From Bryobacterales bacterium (lineage in GTDB: Bacteria; Acidobacteriota; Terriglobia; Bryobacterales; UBA6623), in contig CBDEST010000005.1 of the NCBI GenBank assembly GCA_965242625.1, positions 2,483,767-2,547,766 on the forward strand: 64,000 nt of DNA, written 5' to 3'. The position numbers and the translations under genes are program-made. How positions within the stretch are numbered: position 1 is the stretch's first letter; every line of letters begins with the position of its first letter. A model generated the notes under the pieces. The model searched no databases, had not been told where the DNA came from, and saw nothing but the letters and a program-made list of their open reading frames with translations. This document shows, piece by piece, positions 18,854 to 27,407 of this stretch.

Positions 18854-19268
18854 TGTTAGCGCAAAGCTGAAATGTCCGGTTCTGGCAATTCTGAAATGTC
18901 CGCTTTTTCGAGGGAGCGGAGCGGCATGCCGGATCCAGTGCTACGACGTCCCGGGCCAAGCCCACCGGCTGCACGCAGCCGGTGGGCACTCTTCCGGCGA
19001 ACGTGCCGAGGTGCCTGGCGGGGCCGGGTACGCGTTGCGCGGCCGAGGCCTGCTGTTGAATGCCTGTTTGTCTTGTAGAACACTGGCTGGTTCGGCCGCA
19101 GCCAGCTTGAAGGCCGCTACTGCAGAAAGGAATACGGGGGTGCCTCCGTCCTCCGCCCCGCGAGGCTTCCCTTGGGCATGACGTGGCCCCGATGGAAGGG
19201 CCGACCGCAGCGGAAGGGACGGCTTGGAGGCCGCCCGGCGAACCGGACATTTAAGGATTGCTCCGACG
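18854..19268 (+). mobile_element. MITE-400, copy 4
   Basis: TIRs are tgttagcgcaaagctgaaatgtccg and cggacatttaaggattgctccgac. The hairpin spans 18961-18986. It sits at the same position in the duplicated unit as copy 2. Confidence 0.75.
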
Positions 19269-19393
19269 AGCTCCAACACACTTGACAACGGGCGATACGT
19301 TGTGGTATGGTTGGATCACTCGGGGCAGAATTCCGATGTCGGGCAAACGCCCGTGCCGACATCACGAAATCGGGCAGGAAGGAGGCGAGAGTT

Positions 19394-19735
19394 ATGACAG
19401 AATTCGAGAACTACTTGATCGAATCCGTCGATGCGGAAGATCGAGTGTCCATCAAGATCGGCTTGATTGCAGATCACGCTGGAGCAAGAACCTACTTGTC
19501 GAGGCTGGGCGTTAGTAATGCTCAGGAGCAGGTTGACTTGGTCGTTAAGACGGGTCAACCTCGTGGCGGAGCACTTATGCCTCCAGTCCAGATCGGGGGG
19601 ACGGCACCTGAAAGAGAGATAGATCCGTTAACGGGAGAAGTCTCCGAGAGGGTCGGTTCCACGCAGAGGGTGTCTTCTTCAGTTTCCAACGCTAGTAGTG
19701 CTCCGGTCAGAACTCAGGAGAAAGATTCGTTATGA
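19394..19735 (+). CDS. Hypothetical protein
   Basis: GGAGG lies 8 nt before ATG 19394. The stop overlaps the next start (ATGA). The DNA is AT-richer (one line counted at 50% GC). I recognised no family. Confidence 0.5.
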   Translation: MTEFENYLIESVDAEDRVSIKIGLIADHAGARTYLSRLGVSNAQEQVDLVVKTGQPRGGALMPPVQIGGTAPEREIDPLTGEVSERVGSTQRVSSSVSNASSAPVRTQEKDSL

Positions 19736-19986
19736 CGGATTTCCTAGAGTTCTTGGCTCCCGACCACTTCGAGCGAATGCTGTGGCTGATCATCTTTACG
19801 TCCTTCGCAGCTCTTCGGTATCACAGAATGATACGCGAAGAGCGTCGCAAGGATCGGTTGATGGATCTCTTTCTCAAACATTACGGTGACGACAAGTCGT
19901 GGCCTCCCGGCACGCACGAGAGCTTGCGGGTTATGTTGCAGAAGGATCCGACTACACTGGTCAACCTGCGGAAGTCGCCTGACTAA
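19732..19986 (+). CDS. Hypothetical small membrane protein
   Basis: It starts in an ATGA overlap with the upstream ORF. It has one hydrophobic helix (MLWLIIFTSFAAL). Confidence 0.45.
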   Translation: MTDFLEFLAPDHFERMLWLIIFTSFAALRYHRMIREERRKDRLMDLFLKHYGDDKSWPPGTHESLRVMLQKDPTTLVNLRKSPD

Positions 19987-20210
19987 CACACTGACCGGCC
20001 CGCCCCGAGCCGTGCTGCGACGCAGCGTAAATCGGGGCAACCGTTCGGAGAGACGACACTATCGCCCTACTTGATCGCACAATGTCTGGCAGTGACCCTG
20101 CGGCCTGAAGTCATCGGGGCATCAAGTGCGGGAAAGCCCAGGCCGCCCGGAGGATGCTGACGCAGATCCGCATTACATTGCAGTCCCGACCCCGGATCGC
20201 GCCCTGACCC

Positions 20211-20340
20211 TCTTAGGGCAAAGCTGAAATGTCCGCTTCGTCGAAGCAGCGAGGCACCGTGCCGGGCCCAGTGCCACAATGTCCCGGGCCCAGTCCACCA
20301 GCCGCAAGCAACCGGTGGGCACCGCTCCACCGATCACGCA
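20211..20340 (+). mobile_element. MITE-400, copy 5 (left ~130 bp only)
   Basis: tcttagggcaaagctgaaatgtccg... follows the MITE body up to ...cgatcacgc and then abuts the IS66 right-end fragment. Confidence 0.6.
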
Positions 20341-20349
20341 ACTGCGACT

Positions 20350-20578
20350 CGTCAGCGGCAACCACGCTGGCCATGGAGCGTTGCGCATGAACATCGAGCT
20401 TGGGGCTCGTCAAGGTGAGGAGGCCGTATCCGTGCAATTGAAATCAGGGCATCCGGGATGCCGGTGCTTGGTCGCGACGCCCTCGACCACATCCTGCCGA
20501 AACTTTCTCAACTAGCCAGACATCAGGTTACCTGAGCCTTCAGGATTGGCTGGGCGTCAGGGGTATCTGGGCAGTTAC
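20350..20578 (+). mobile_element. Solo right end (229 bp) of the IS66-family element
   Basis: It is collinear with 25120..25348 in the same orientation. Homology stops exactly at the TIR ...tcaggggtatctgggcagttac. Confidence 0.8.
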
Positions 20579-20739
20579 CAATCCGCAGTCGCAGAGTGGA
20601 GGGAAGGGGCGCCGGCCGACGATGGAGGGAGCACGGATTCCGGCGTCCAGCACCATCCCGCCCGTGCCTCTCACTCCACTCCGACCGCGCTTCCGCGCCT
20701 CCTCAGCAAACCCGGCGCACGGATTTCCCGCACCGGCCC

Positions 20740-21573
20740 CTAGGCAGTTACCCCCTTGACTGCTTTCTGTTCCCTGAGTCGATAGAGCCCTCGCAGCAGT
20801 AAGACGAGGGCCCGATCAAGGTACGGTGTGTCGGCGAGGTACCGATTCTCTTCCTCGGTCAATCCATTATTCAGGTCCGCCGCCCCGTAGCCCTCGAATT
20901 GGCACTTACCTTCCCATGCGGGCTCGGAGCGCGCGAATGGTGTGACAAGGCCGAGCGTGGCGGCGATGTCGTGAGCGCAGCCCCCGAAACTGCCCACGAG
21001 AAACAGCGCCTGGCGCGCCGAGAGGCTGCACAACGCCTCTTCCGCGATGCCCGGCATGATGCCCTTGTAGCCCTTCACCCTCCCGCCCAGGAGAATCCGG
21101 CAGTCCGTCGCCTCGCGCATCACCCGGCGCATGGCCGTGAGACCTTCGGCCCACTGGTCGTCAGTCGGTTCCGAGCGGCTGGCGACACCGCGATCTAGCA
21201 TTGACACGGCACTGCCGTCTATGCCGAGAAGGGCGAGCCTGCCCACCCCGGACAACTCCTTGGCAGTCTCCTGCAGATCCTGGAACGGGGTCCGTATGTG
21301 GACGGGCCACGCCAAGTAGTTGACGATTCGGATCTCGTCGGGATCTTCGCCGCGAGCGTACCGCTGGGCGAGTTGGAATAGCAGCCTCGTGAAGCCGTAT
21401 TTCCTCAGGTCGCCGCCGTAAGCGAGATCCGCGCCCTGAGCGAGCATGAACGTCGCCAGATCGGCGATCGCATCCTTCAGGTGTCGCTCGCGCAGACCGA
21501 GGGCCGCCATGTCGGGGCTCTCCGAAACAGAAATCGCGACAACTTCCGGACGATCGGGACTCCGGACTGTCAT
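20740..21573 (-). CDS. Stand-alone SLOG/LOG-like Rossmannoid nucleotide-binding protein (tentative)
   Basis: ATG 21573 overlaps the upstream stop (ATGA). Motifs are VVAISVSES, GADLAYGGDLRKYGFT and ILLGGRVKGYKGIMPGIAEEA ... LVGSFGG. No SIR2, TM, Macro or nuclease domain is visible. Confidence 0.5.
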   Translation of the reverse strand: MTVRSPDRPEVVAISVSESPDMAALGLRERHLKDAIADLATFMLAQGADLAYGGDLRKYGFTRLLFQLAQRYARGEDPDEIRIVNYLAWPVHIRTPFQDLQETAKELSGVGRLALLGIDGSAVSMLDRGVASRSEPTDDQWAEGLTAMRRVMREATDCRILLGGRVKGYKGIMPGIAEEALCSLSARQALFLVGSFGGCAHDIAATLGLVTPFARSEPAWEGKCQFEGYGAADLNNGLTEEENRYLADTPYLDRALVLLLRGLYRLREQKAVKGVTA

Positions 21574-22748
21574 GATGGTTGACCCCCTTCCCATTCGCTG
21601 AATGCATGTAACGCGACGTCACTTCGAACTGCGCCGAACAACTTTACCTCGTCCCCCAGCATAGGTGGATCCGGATACACGATCTCCGTCCAGTCCCGCT
21701 CGCCCCGCAGGCTCCGTATCGAGAGCGAAGCCAGTTCCGGTGCGCGGGAAAGAAATAGCGTTCCAGGGTTGTCCTCCTGCAGTTCTTTCGTACGACATAG
21801 CCATAGATAGTGGAGCATTGTTTCGTCAAGAAGGCACCTGATAACGCTTGCGATACAGCCCGTGTCGGATGGATCCATGCGGATCGCGGGCACGTTTCCG
21901 AGATATGGAAACGCTCGTTCGTCTTTAGATCTCACGCAATCGACGACGACCATGGGCACACAATTCTGCTTGGCTTGAAGCACTTCGCGACAGCACCACT
22001 CACGCGAGGAGTAAGTGTCCGTGCGGATCGCCAGCAAGACACTATTCGGAATGGAATCCAAAATGACCTGTTCGAACGAGGAGCCGGGAGCAACGTCTGC
22101 GGTGTCCATGAAGCTTGCGAGAGCGGCATCCTCGTGGATCCAATTGCGAATCCGATTCGCAATGAACTCTCCATATTCGTCACGCTTTGAATGGCTCAAG
22201 AACACTTTGACCTTCTGGCGAGCGGCATCCCGCTGCCCCCTGTCCTCACGGTCACTCGATTTTGCATACCGCTGCCTGAGCATGCGAATGAATGCATGAA
22301 CCAAGTCGCGGACGAGCTTTTCCCTGTGCATGTCGCACTCAAGACGCCATCTATCCCACCTGATCCCTTGCACCCCAAGCCCACCCACGGGCAGGGAGCC
22401 ATCGATCAAGACAGGAAACACGCCGGCGCCGGGCGAACGCCGCGCCGCGCTCTGCTCGAGCTCTTTGAGATATCTGACCGCTCGGGAGTCTTGCACCAAG
22501 TCGCGGTTGAGGAAGACGACTACGGCCGTGGTGTCCGCTCGCTCCCAGTCCACAGGCCCGGGACCGCTCCCCTCGCTGGACAGGGCGCGATACGAGATCT
22601 GAACACGGGCCCCGGCCGTGACATTACGGAACCGGTCTGCATCGAACTGCTCGTGCAGCCAGCCTGCGAGTGCCTCGCCTTCGCTGTATCGCGCGTGCCA
22701 GACGAGATGGAGCGCGAAAGTCGACTTCGTATGGCTCGTCATGCCCAT
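21570..22748 (-). CDS. TIR-domain protein (C-terminal TIR; N-terminal ~170-aa TIR-like alpha/beta region)
   Basis: The C-terminal half reads KVFLSHSKRDEYGEFIANRIRNWI ... VLLAIRTDTYSSREWCCREVLQA. This gives the beta-A FLSHS-x-D motif and the alpha-C S-x-WC-x-x-E motif with the Glu retained. Confidence 0.7.
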   Translation of the reverse strand: MGMTSHTKSTFALHLVWHARYSEGEALAGWLHEQFDADRFRNVTAGARVQISYRALSSEGSGPGPVDWERADTTAVVVFLNRDLVQDSRAVRYLKELEQSAARRSPGAGVFPVLIDGSLPVGGLGVQGIRWDRWRLECDMHREKLVRDLVHAFIRMLRQRYAKSSDREDRGQRDAARQKVKVFLSHSKRDEYGEFIANRIRNWIHEDAALASFMDTADVAPGSSFEQVILDSIPNSVLLAIRTDTYSSREWCCREVLQAKQNCVPMVVVDCVRSKDERAFPYLGNVPAIRMDPSDTGCIASVIRCLLDETMLHYLWLCRTKELQEDNPGTLFLSRAPELASLSIRSLRGERDWTEIVYPDPPMLGDEVKLFGAVRSDVALHAFSEWEGGQPS

Positions 22749-22829
22749 GGCCCTCGGTCTACGCTATTCGATCCCAACCTGCAGGTTCCCGCGAATCCGG
22801 GCACGGTCGGAGCGAAGCGACCCTCACGC

Positions 22830-23396
22830 CTACACAAGCCGCGTGGACCATAGTGCCTTAATCCAACTGTCCAATGCAGCTTGGTTGTGCAAACCCTTCA
22901 GAGCACCGACCACGGCTGGCAAGGGGGGCGCAGGTGCCCCGGCGTTGTACATGATCCGAGCTCGGGGCTTGTCGAGCACATGCGCTCCGCCAACCTCGTA
23001 GCCGATCCACATGGAATCCGCGATCCGAGCAATCACGTGAACCAAGAAACCCCGGCTCACGCGGATTGCCTGCATGATGTGGTCCGGCAAGGCAGGGGAA
23101 CCTGGATCCGTGATCGTGCCGTCCCATTCGGCCATGTACACCGCTACTTTGTGCATGGAAGAAATGTACCTTGCCACGCGCTCCGCGGCTGAGTCGCCCG
23201 TCTTGTGCGACATGAACACCAGCTTCTGGAGCGTCTCAATGTGCGCGGGCGTGAAATTGAGTCTCCGCAGGGAGTCCGCTGTGTCATCACGCAGGAGCGC
23301 TCGTACTGCCCGCTCCGCATCATCGCGTCCGACGATGTCGGAACTTACGTGCTCGCCGAGAACGATCCTCTTGAATTTGATAGCAATGGACTGCAT
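22830..23396 (-). CDS. TIR-like (ThsB-like / DUF1863-type) protein
   Basis: AGGAGG lies 9 nt before ATG 23396. Motifs are KLVFMSHKTGDSAAERVARYI ... VAVYMAEWD ... ADSMWIGYEVGGAHVLDKP. Confidence 0.55.
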   Translation of the reverse strand: MQSIAIKFKRIVLGEHVSSDIVGRDDAERAVRALLRDDTADSLRRLNFTPAHIETLQKLVFMSHKTGDSAAERVARYISSMHKVAVYMAEWDGTITDPGSPALPDHIMQAIRVSRGFLVHVIARIADSMWIGYEVGGAHVLDKPRARIMYNAGAPAPPLPAVVGALKGLHNQAALDSWIKALWSTRLV

Positions 23397-23436
23397 GCGA
23401 CAGACCTCCTGAGCCGCTTCTCAGTGTAGCAGACGT

Positions 23437-25348
23437 GTAACTGCCCAGATACCCTGATCGGGCTTGGTTGCAGCGATGGGTAGCGGGCATGGCTGGCGGA
23501 TGTCGTACTAGGTGCGGCTCGGAGCGGAGCGGGGGTGCTGTCGAGGAGGTAGTTGACAGGGGCGTGCAAGCACATGTAACGTAGGAATTGTTCTGAGGGC
23601 GCGGGCACTCGGGCAAGTCATGGCGGCAGCGTTCCCAACGGCGGAGCAACAGCCGGGGGCGGCAGGTGGGCTTGAACAGCTCCAACAGCGGCAAGCCGCC
23701 CTCCAGCGACGGGCTGCGCAAGCCGCGGCGCAGCCAGAGCACCCGGGGCGGTTCCGGCAAGCCTTCGGGCGGCCAGCCCGGCCATCCGGGCACGACGCTG
23801 AAGCAAACCGCCGACCCGGATCACATCGAGACGCACCGGCCGGCGCACTGTGCCGGCTGCGGCGCGCCGCTGACGGCGGCCGACAGCGTGAGCTACGCGC
23901 GGCGGCAAGTGTTCGACTTGCCGCCGCCGCGCGTCGAAGTCACCGAGCACCAAGCGTACCCCTGCCAGTGCCCAGCCTGCGGGCACCGGACGCGGGCGGA
24001 ATTCCCCGACAGCGTACGCGTCCCGGTGCAATACGGCCCGCGGATCCAGGCCATGGCGGTGTACCTGCAGAACTGGCACTTGCTGCCCGAGGATCGCCTG
24101 GCGGAGCTGTTCCGGGACCTGCACGGCGTCGGCATCAGCGCGGGGACGCTGGCGAACATCACGCGCCAGGCGGCGGATGGCTGGCGGGCGTGCAGCGAGC
24201 GGATCCGGGATCTGCTGGTGGCCGCGGACGGCCCGAAGCACTTGGACGAGACGGGTTTCCGGATCACGGCGTGCGGGCAGTGGCTGCACGTGGTCTGCAC
24301 GCGGTGGCTGACGTTCTACCGCACGAGCGAGCGGCGCGGCAGCCTGCTGGCCGGCTTGCGCGGCTGCTTGGCGCACGATCACTGGAAGCTGTATTTCACG
24401 GTGCCGGACGTGCAGCACGCGCTGTGCAACGCGCATCACCTGCGCGAGTTGGAAGTGCTGGCGGAGATCGACGGGGAGGCGTGGGCGCGCCCCATGCAGG
24501 ACTTGCTGCGGATGGCGAGCCGCGCGGCGGGGATCGCGACCGAGGAGGGCTGGACCCTGCCGCCGGATCTGGTGGGATGGTTCGAGCAGCGCTACGACCG
24601 CTTGGTGGCGGGGGCGCTGGAGTACCACGAGGGGCTGGAGCCGTTGCGCCCGGCGGGCAAGGGCCGGAAGGGACGCCCGAAGCGGTGCCCGGGGCACAAT
24701 CTGGCGTTGCGGTTCCGGGACTTCAAGACGGAGACGCTGCGCTTCCTGCACGAGCCCGGGGTGCCGTTCACGAACAACCAAGCGGAGCGGGACCTGCGCA
24801 TGATGAAGCTGCGCATGAAGATCTCGGGCGCGTTCCGCTCGGCGCAGGGTGCCGCGGATTTCGCCACGTTGCGCGGCGTGCTGTCGACCGCGCGGAAGCA
24901 AGGTCGGAACCGCATCGAGGCGCTCATGCAAGGTCCGGCCGTGCTGCTCGAAGGCCTGCGCTGCTAGCGCGCGCCCGGCACCCGCCCCGCTGGTCCGGCC
25001 CCGCCGGTACCGGGCGGCGGTGCGCCCCGCCGCCGGATGGGAGGCGAGGATGTCTTGCGCTAGTCCGCCCCCAAGCATGCGGGGCGGCCGTTGGGCGAAG
25101 TGCTGCGAGACGGGTCTGTCGTCAGCGGCAGCCACGCTGGCCATGGAGCGTTGCGGATGAACATTGAGCCCGGGGCCCGTCAAGGTGAGGGGGCCGTATC
25201 CGTGCAATTGAATTCAGGGCATCCAGGATGCCGGTGCTTGGTCGCGACGCCCTCGACCACATCCTGCCATAACTTTCTCGACTAGCCAGACATCAGGTTG
25301 CCTGAGCCTTCAGGATTGGCTGGGCGTCAGGGGTATCTGGGCAGTTAC
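23437..25348 (+). mobile_element. IS66-family insertion sequence (single tnpC-type ORF)
   Basis: TIRs GTAACTGCCCAGATACCCTGA and its imperfect inverse lie at the ends. A GTAA start is typical of IS66. The flanking 8-mers differ (gcagacgt vs taacattc). Confidence 0.85.
23666..24967 (+). CDS. tnpC: IS66-family transposase TnpC; start/N-terminus uncertain
   Basis: Motifs are LNSSNSGKPPSSDG, the zinc-finger-like CAGCGAPL...CQCPACG, HLDETGFRI, LCNAHHLRE and FTNNQAERDLRMMKLRMKISG. The track start is GTG, and no leucine-zipper N-terminus is seen. Confidence 0.85.
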   Translation: MGLNSSNSGKPPSSDGLRKPRRSQSTRGGSGKPSGGQPGHPGTTLKQTADPDHIETHRPAHCAGCGAPLTAADSVSYARRQVFDLPPPRVEVTEHQAYPCQCPACGHRTRAEFPDSVRVPVQYGPRIQAMAVYLQNWHLLPEDRLAELFRDLHGVGISAGTLANITRQAADGWRACSERIRDLLVAADGPKHLDETGFRITACGQWLHVVCTRWLTFYRTSERRGSLLAGLRGCLAHDHWKLYFTVPDVQHALCNAHHLRELEVLAEIDGEAWARPMQDLLRMASRAAGIATEEGWTLPPDLVGWFEQRYDRLVAGALEYHEGLEPLRPAGKGRKGRPKRCPGHNLALRFRDFKTETLRFLHEPGVPFTNNQAERDLRMMKLRMKISGAFRSAQGAADFATLRGVLSTARKQGRNRIEALMQGPAVLLEGLRC

Positions 25349-25410
25349 TAACATTCTTAATTGGCTAGGGGGCATGTGCTCTGTGTCAAGCGGCAGACGC
25401 TCGCTAGGCG

Positions 25411-26394
25411 TCACTCTGAGGGTGGGGCGGACACGTGAGTCTCTCCGACGCTAACGCTTAAGACGAACCCCATCAACGACCGCACCTTCACGACAACACC
25501 ATCATACGGCCCGTCGTACCATCCGAGAAAGCCATCCTCACGCCACTGTCTACTATCGTCAGCGTCTCTAAATAGACTTCTCATCCTAACGTGCTGACCT
25601 ATAAATAGAGACCTACGAACCTCACGTCTATCACGCAAGGATACGCCCGTAACTATAAGATAAAAGTGTGCTACCCTGCTAGACTTACGTTCCTCAATCG
25701 TGGCTGTAGGAAATCTGCCCCCGTCAAAAAACTTGCGCTGATAGGCATGTCCATCATATAGCAAATCCTGTAGAGCGTCCCCGTACATCAGTCCGCCGGA
25801 CATGTTAGACCGTAAGAATAGATTGTCACCAATTTGTAGTATCTGCACGTATGTCCGTTGAATTTTATCAATACATCCATATTCCCCTGAGTCGTCTATC
25901 CACTCCTTATCGCCAGTCGTGTTGAAATCATCTATTGCTTCAAATATCATCTGAATCCATATGCAGACAATCCACCTAAGTCGGTATATTTCACACATGA
26001 TAAACATACGCATAGATCGTCGCGTCAGACACCCTCGGTGCTTATTCCTGCCACCAGCTATCCAACTTGTTATGACGTTAGACACCGCTTGAAGTGGTTT
26101 TATTCGATATCGGCGCGCATCGTCATTTAGTGACCAAGAAATATTTTCATCATAGCTAGTGTGTCGGGCTACGAACTCACTTAGCCATGCATACCCCCTA
26201 GACATAGCCCATTGCCCGACGATCAGATTCCATAGAATTAGCACGGCAGATAGATTGACACTACCGCATAGAACTGCATATAGCGACACACAGATTGTCA
26301 TTAGGGCCACGACAGCCCCGACACTATCGCGCCTGCTGGCCTTGATGGAGTAATGCTTCCTAGCATTTAGTTGCCAATGTGTATTCTGTCTCAT
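25411..26394 (-). CDS. Orphan membrane protein in strongly AT-rich DNA
   Basis: ATG 26394 (MRQNTHW) is the likely start. Predicted TM helices are VGAVVALMTICVSLYAVLCG, LSAVLILWNLIVGQWA and IYRLRWIVCIWIQMIF. Hand GC counts are 40-52% against 68% in the adjacent IS. I recognised no family. Confidence 0.5.
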   Translation of the reverse strand: MRQNTHWQLNARKHYSIKASRRDSVGAVVALMTICVSLYAVLCGSVNLSAVLILWNLIVGQWAMSRGYAWLSEFVARHTSYDENISWSLNDDARRYRIKPLQAVSNVITSWIAGGRNKHRGCLTRRSMRMFIMCEIYRLRWIVCIWIQMIFEAIDDFNTTGDKEWIDDSGEYGCIDKIQRTYVQILQIGDNLFLRSNMSGGLMYGDALQDLLYDGHAYQRKFFDGGRFPTATIEERKSSRVAHFYLIVTGVSLRDRREVRRSLFIGQHVRMRSLFRDADDSRQWREDGFLGWYDGPYDGVVVKVRSLMGFVLSVSVGETHVSAPPSE

Positions 26395-26423
26395 CCTAAT
26401 CACCGCCCCGCATCCAATGGGTG

Positions 26424-26525
26424 TTATATACCAATCGATGCGTCCAGATTGTAGATCGTCTGGACGGGTTGCGCCGGAGCGGCGATGCCGCACACCAGCA
26501 CGGCGATGATGAGCAAGATAGTCAT
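26424..26525 (-). CDS. 33-codon hydrophobic peptide ORF
   Basis: GGAGG lies 7 nt before ATG 26525. The peptide is MTILLIIAVLVCGIAAPAQPVQTIYNLDASIGI*. It ends 29 nt before the 26394 start. Confidence 0.4.
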   Translation of the reverse strand: MTILLIIAVLVCGIAAPAQPVQTIYNLDASIGI

Positions 26526-27165
26526 GTAGCACCTCCTACATGCTGCCATGCGCCGGGGCGGTTGCGGCCGTCGCCGACGCGACTTCGATTCGGAATCATG
26601 ATACCAGCGTCGCGGCACGGGTGTCAAGATCGGAAAAATCCATTATGGCACAAGGGCTTGGCTACTTTGGTATATGATTCCTGTTGAGAACCACGTGCGG
26701 TCGAGCGATACATCTCGCGATCAAATCAATTTGACCCATGAACAGCGACAAGCGACTTGCACGATGAGTCGTGAACTGCTGGGGTATTCGCTTCGTGAGC
26801 GTGAAGTGCTCGGCAATCGAGATCGGTTCGAGCTCACGGTACGGTTCTCCTCAATCAGCGATTGCGACCGCAGCATCGTGCTCGCCGAGGTCTCACAATG
26901 GAAGGTTTGCGTCCCATGAGAGACACCGCATTCTCGCCCACCGCCGAGCAGCGTTGGATCCTTGCCCGAATCAACCCTGACTCGCCCCGCGACATCAGTT
27001 CCCGCGCGGATGTCCTTTGGGGCTATGGTGTCCTCTATCGCAAGCACGGGGTCCGCAAGCCGTCCACCGCATACAGGGATGGCGAACCGGTCCATCGCAA
27101 TCACCCGCTCGCCTTGACTTGCTGGATATGGGCGAACCTCGACCCGCACTGGGCACCGTCCACTA

Positions 27166-27272
27166 GTGTCCTGTCTCGCAAGCCCCTAACCAGTAGATGC
27201 GGCGTGTGGCACCTTCGGCCGTAAGTCGAATCACTCAAGAATTACTGTGCAGGGATTTCTGAGACAGGACAC
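27166..27272. mobile_element. 107-bp MITE, copy 2
   Basis: It has the same 12-nt TIRs and body as 1359..1465. It is flanked by TA (27164-65, 27273-74) inside cacTA...TAgc, i.e. a CTAG target. Confidence 0.75.
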
Positions 27273-27407
27273 TAGCACCGCCCCGCGAGACGAGAACGTT
27301 GAGTGGCTGCGAGACCGCGATTGGGCGGACGAGTCGATCTTCGACAAGCGTCCTCGACGCAAGTCCATGGCCGCAGACGAGCAAGGAACGCTGGAGTCTG
27401 GCTAGCC

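Noticed and set aside
23618-25207. A 529-aa minus-strand ORF and a 515-aa plus-strand alternative-frame ORF span the IS66 element.
   Set aside because: These are shadow ORFs of tnpC in ~68-70% GC DNA. Their translations are Arg/Ala/Pro/Gly low-complexity sequence. Only frame 23666..24967 shows IS66 TnpC motifs.
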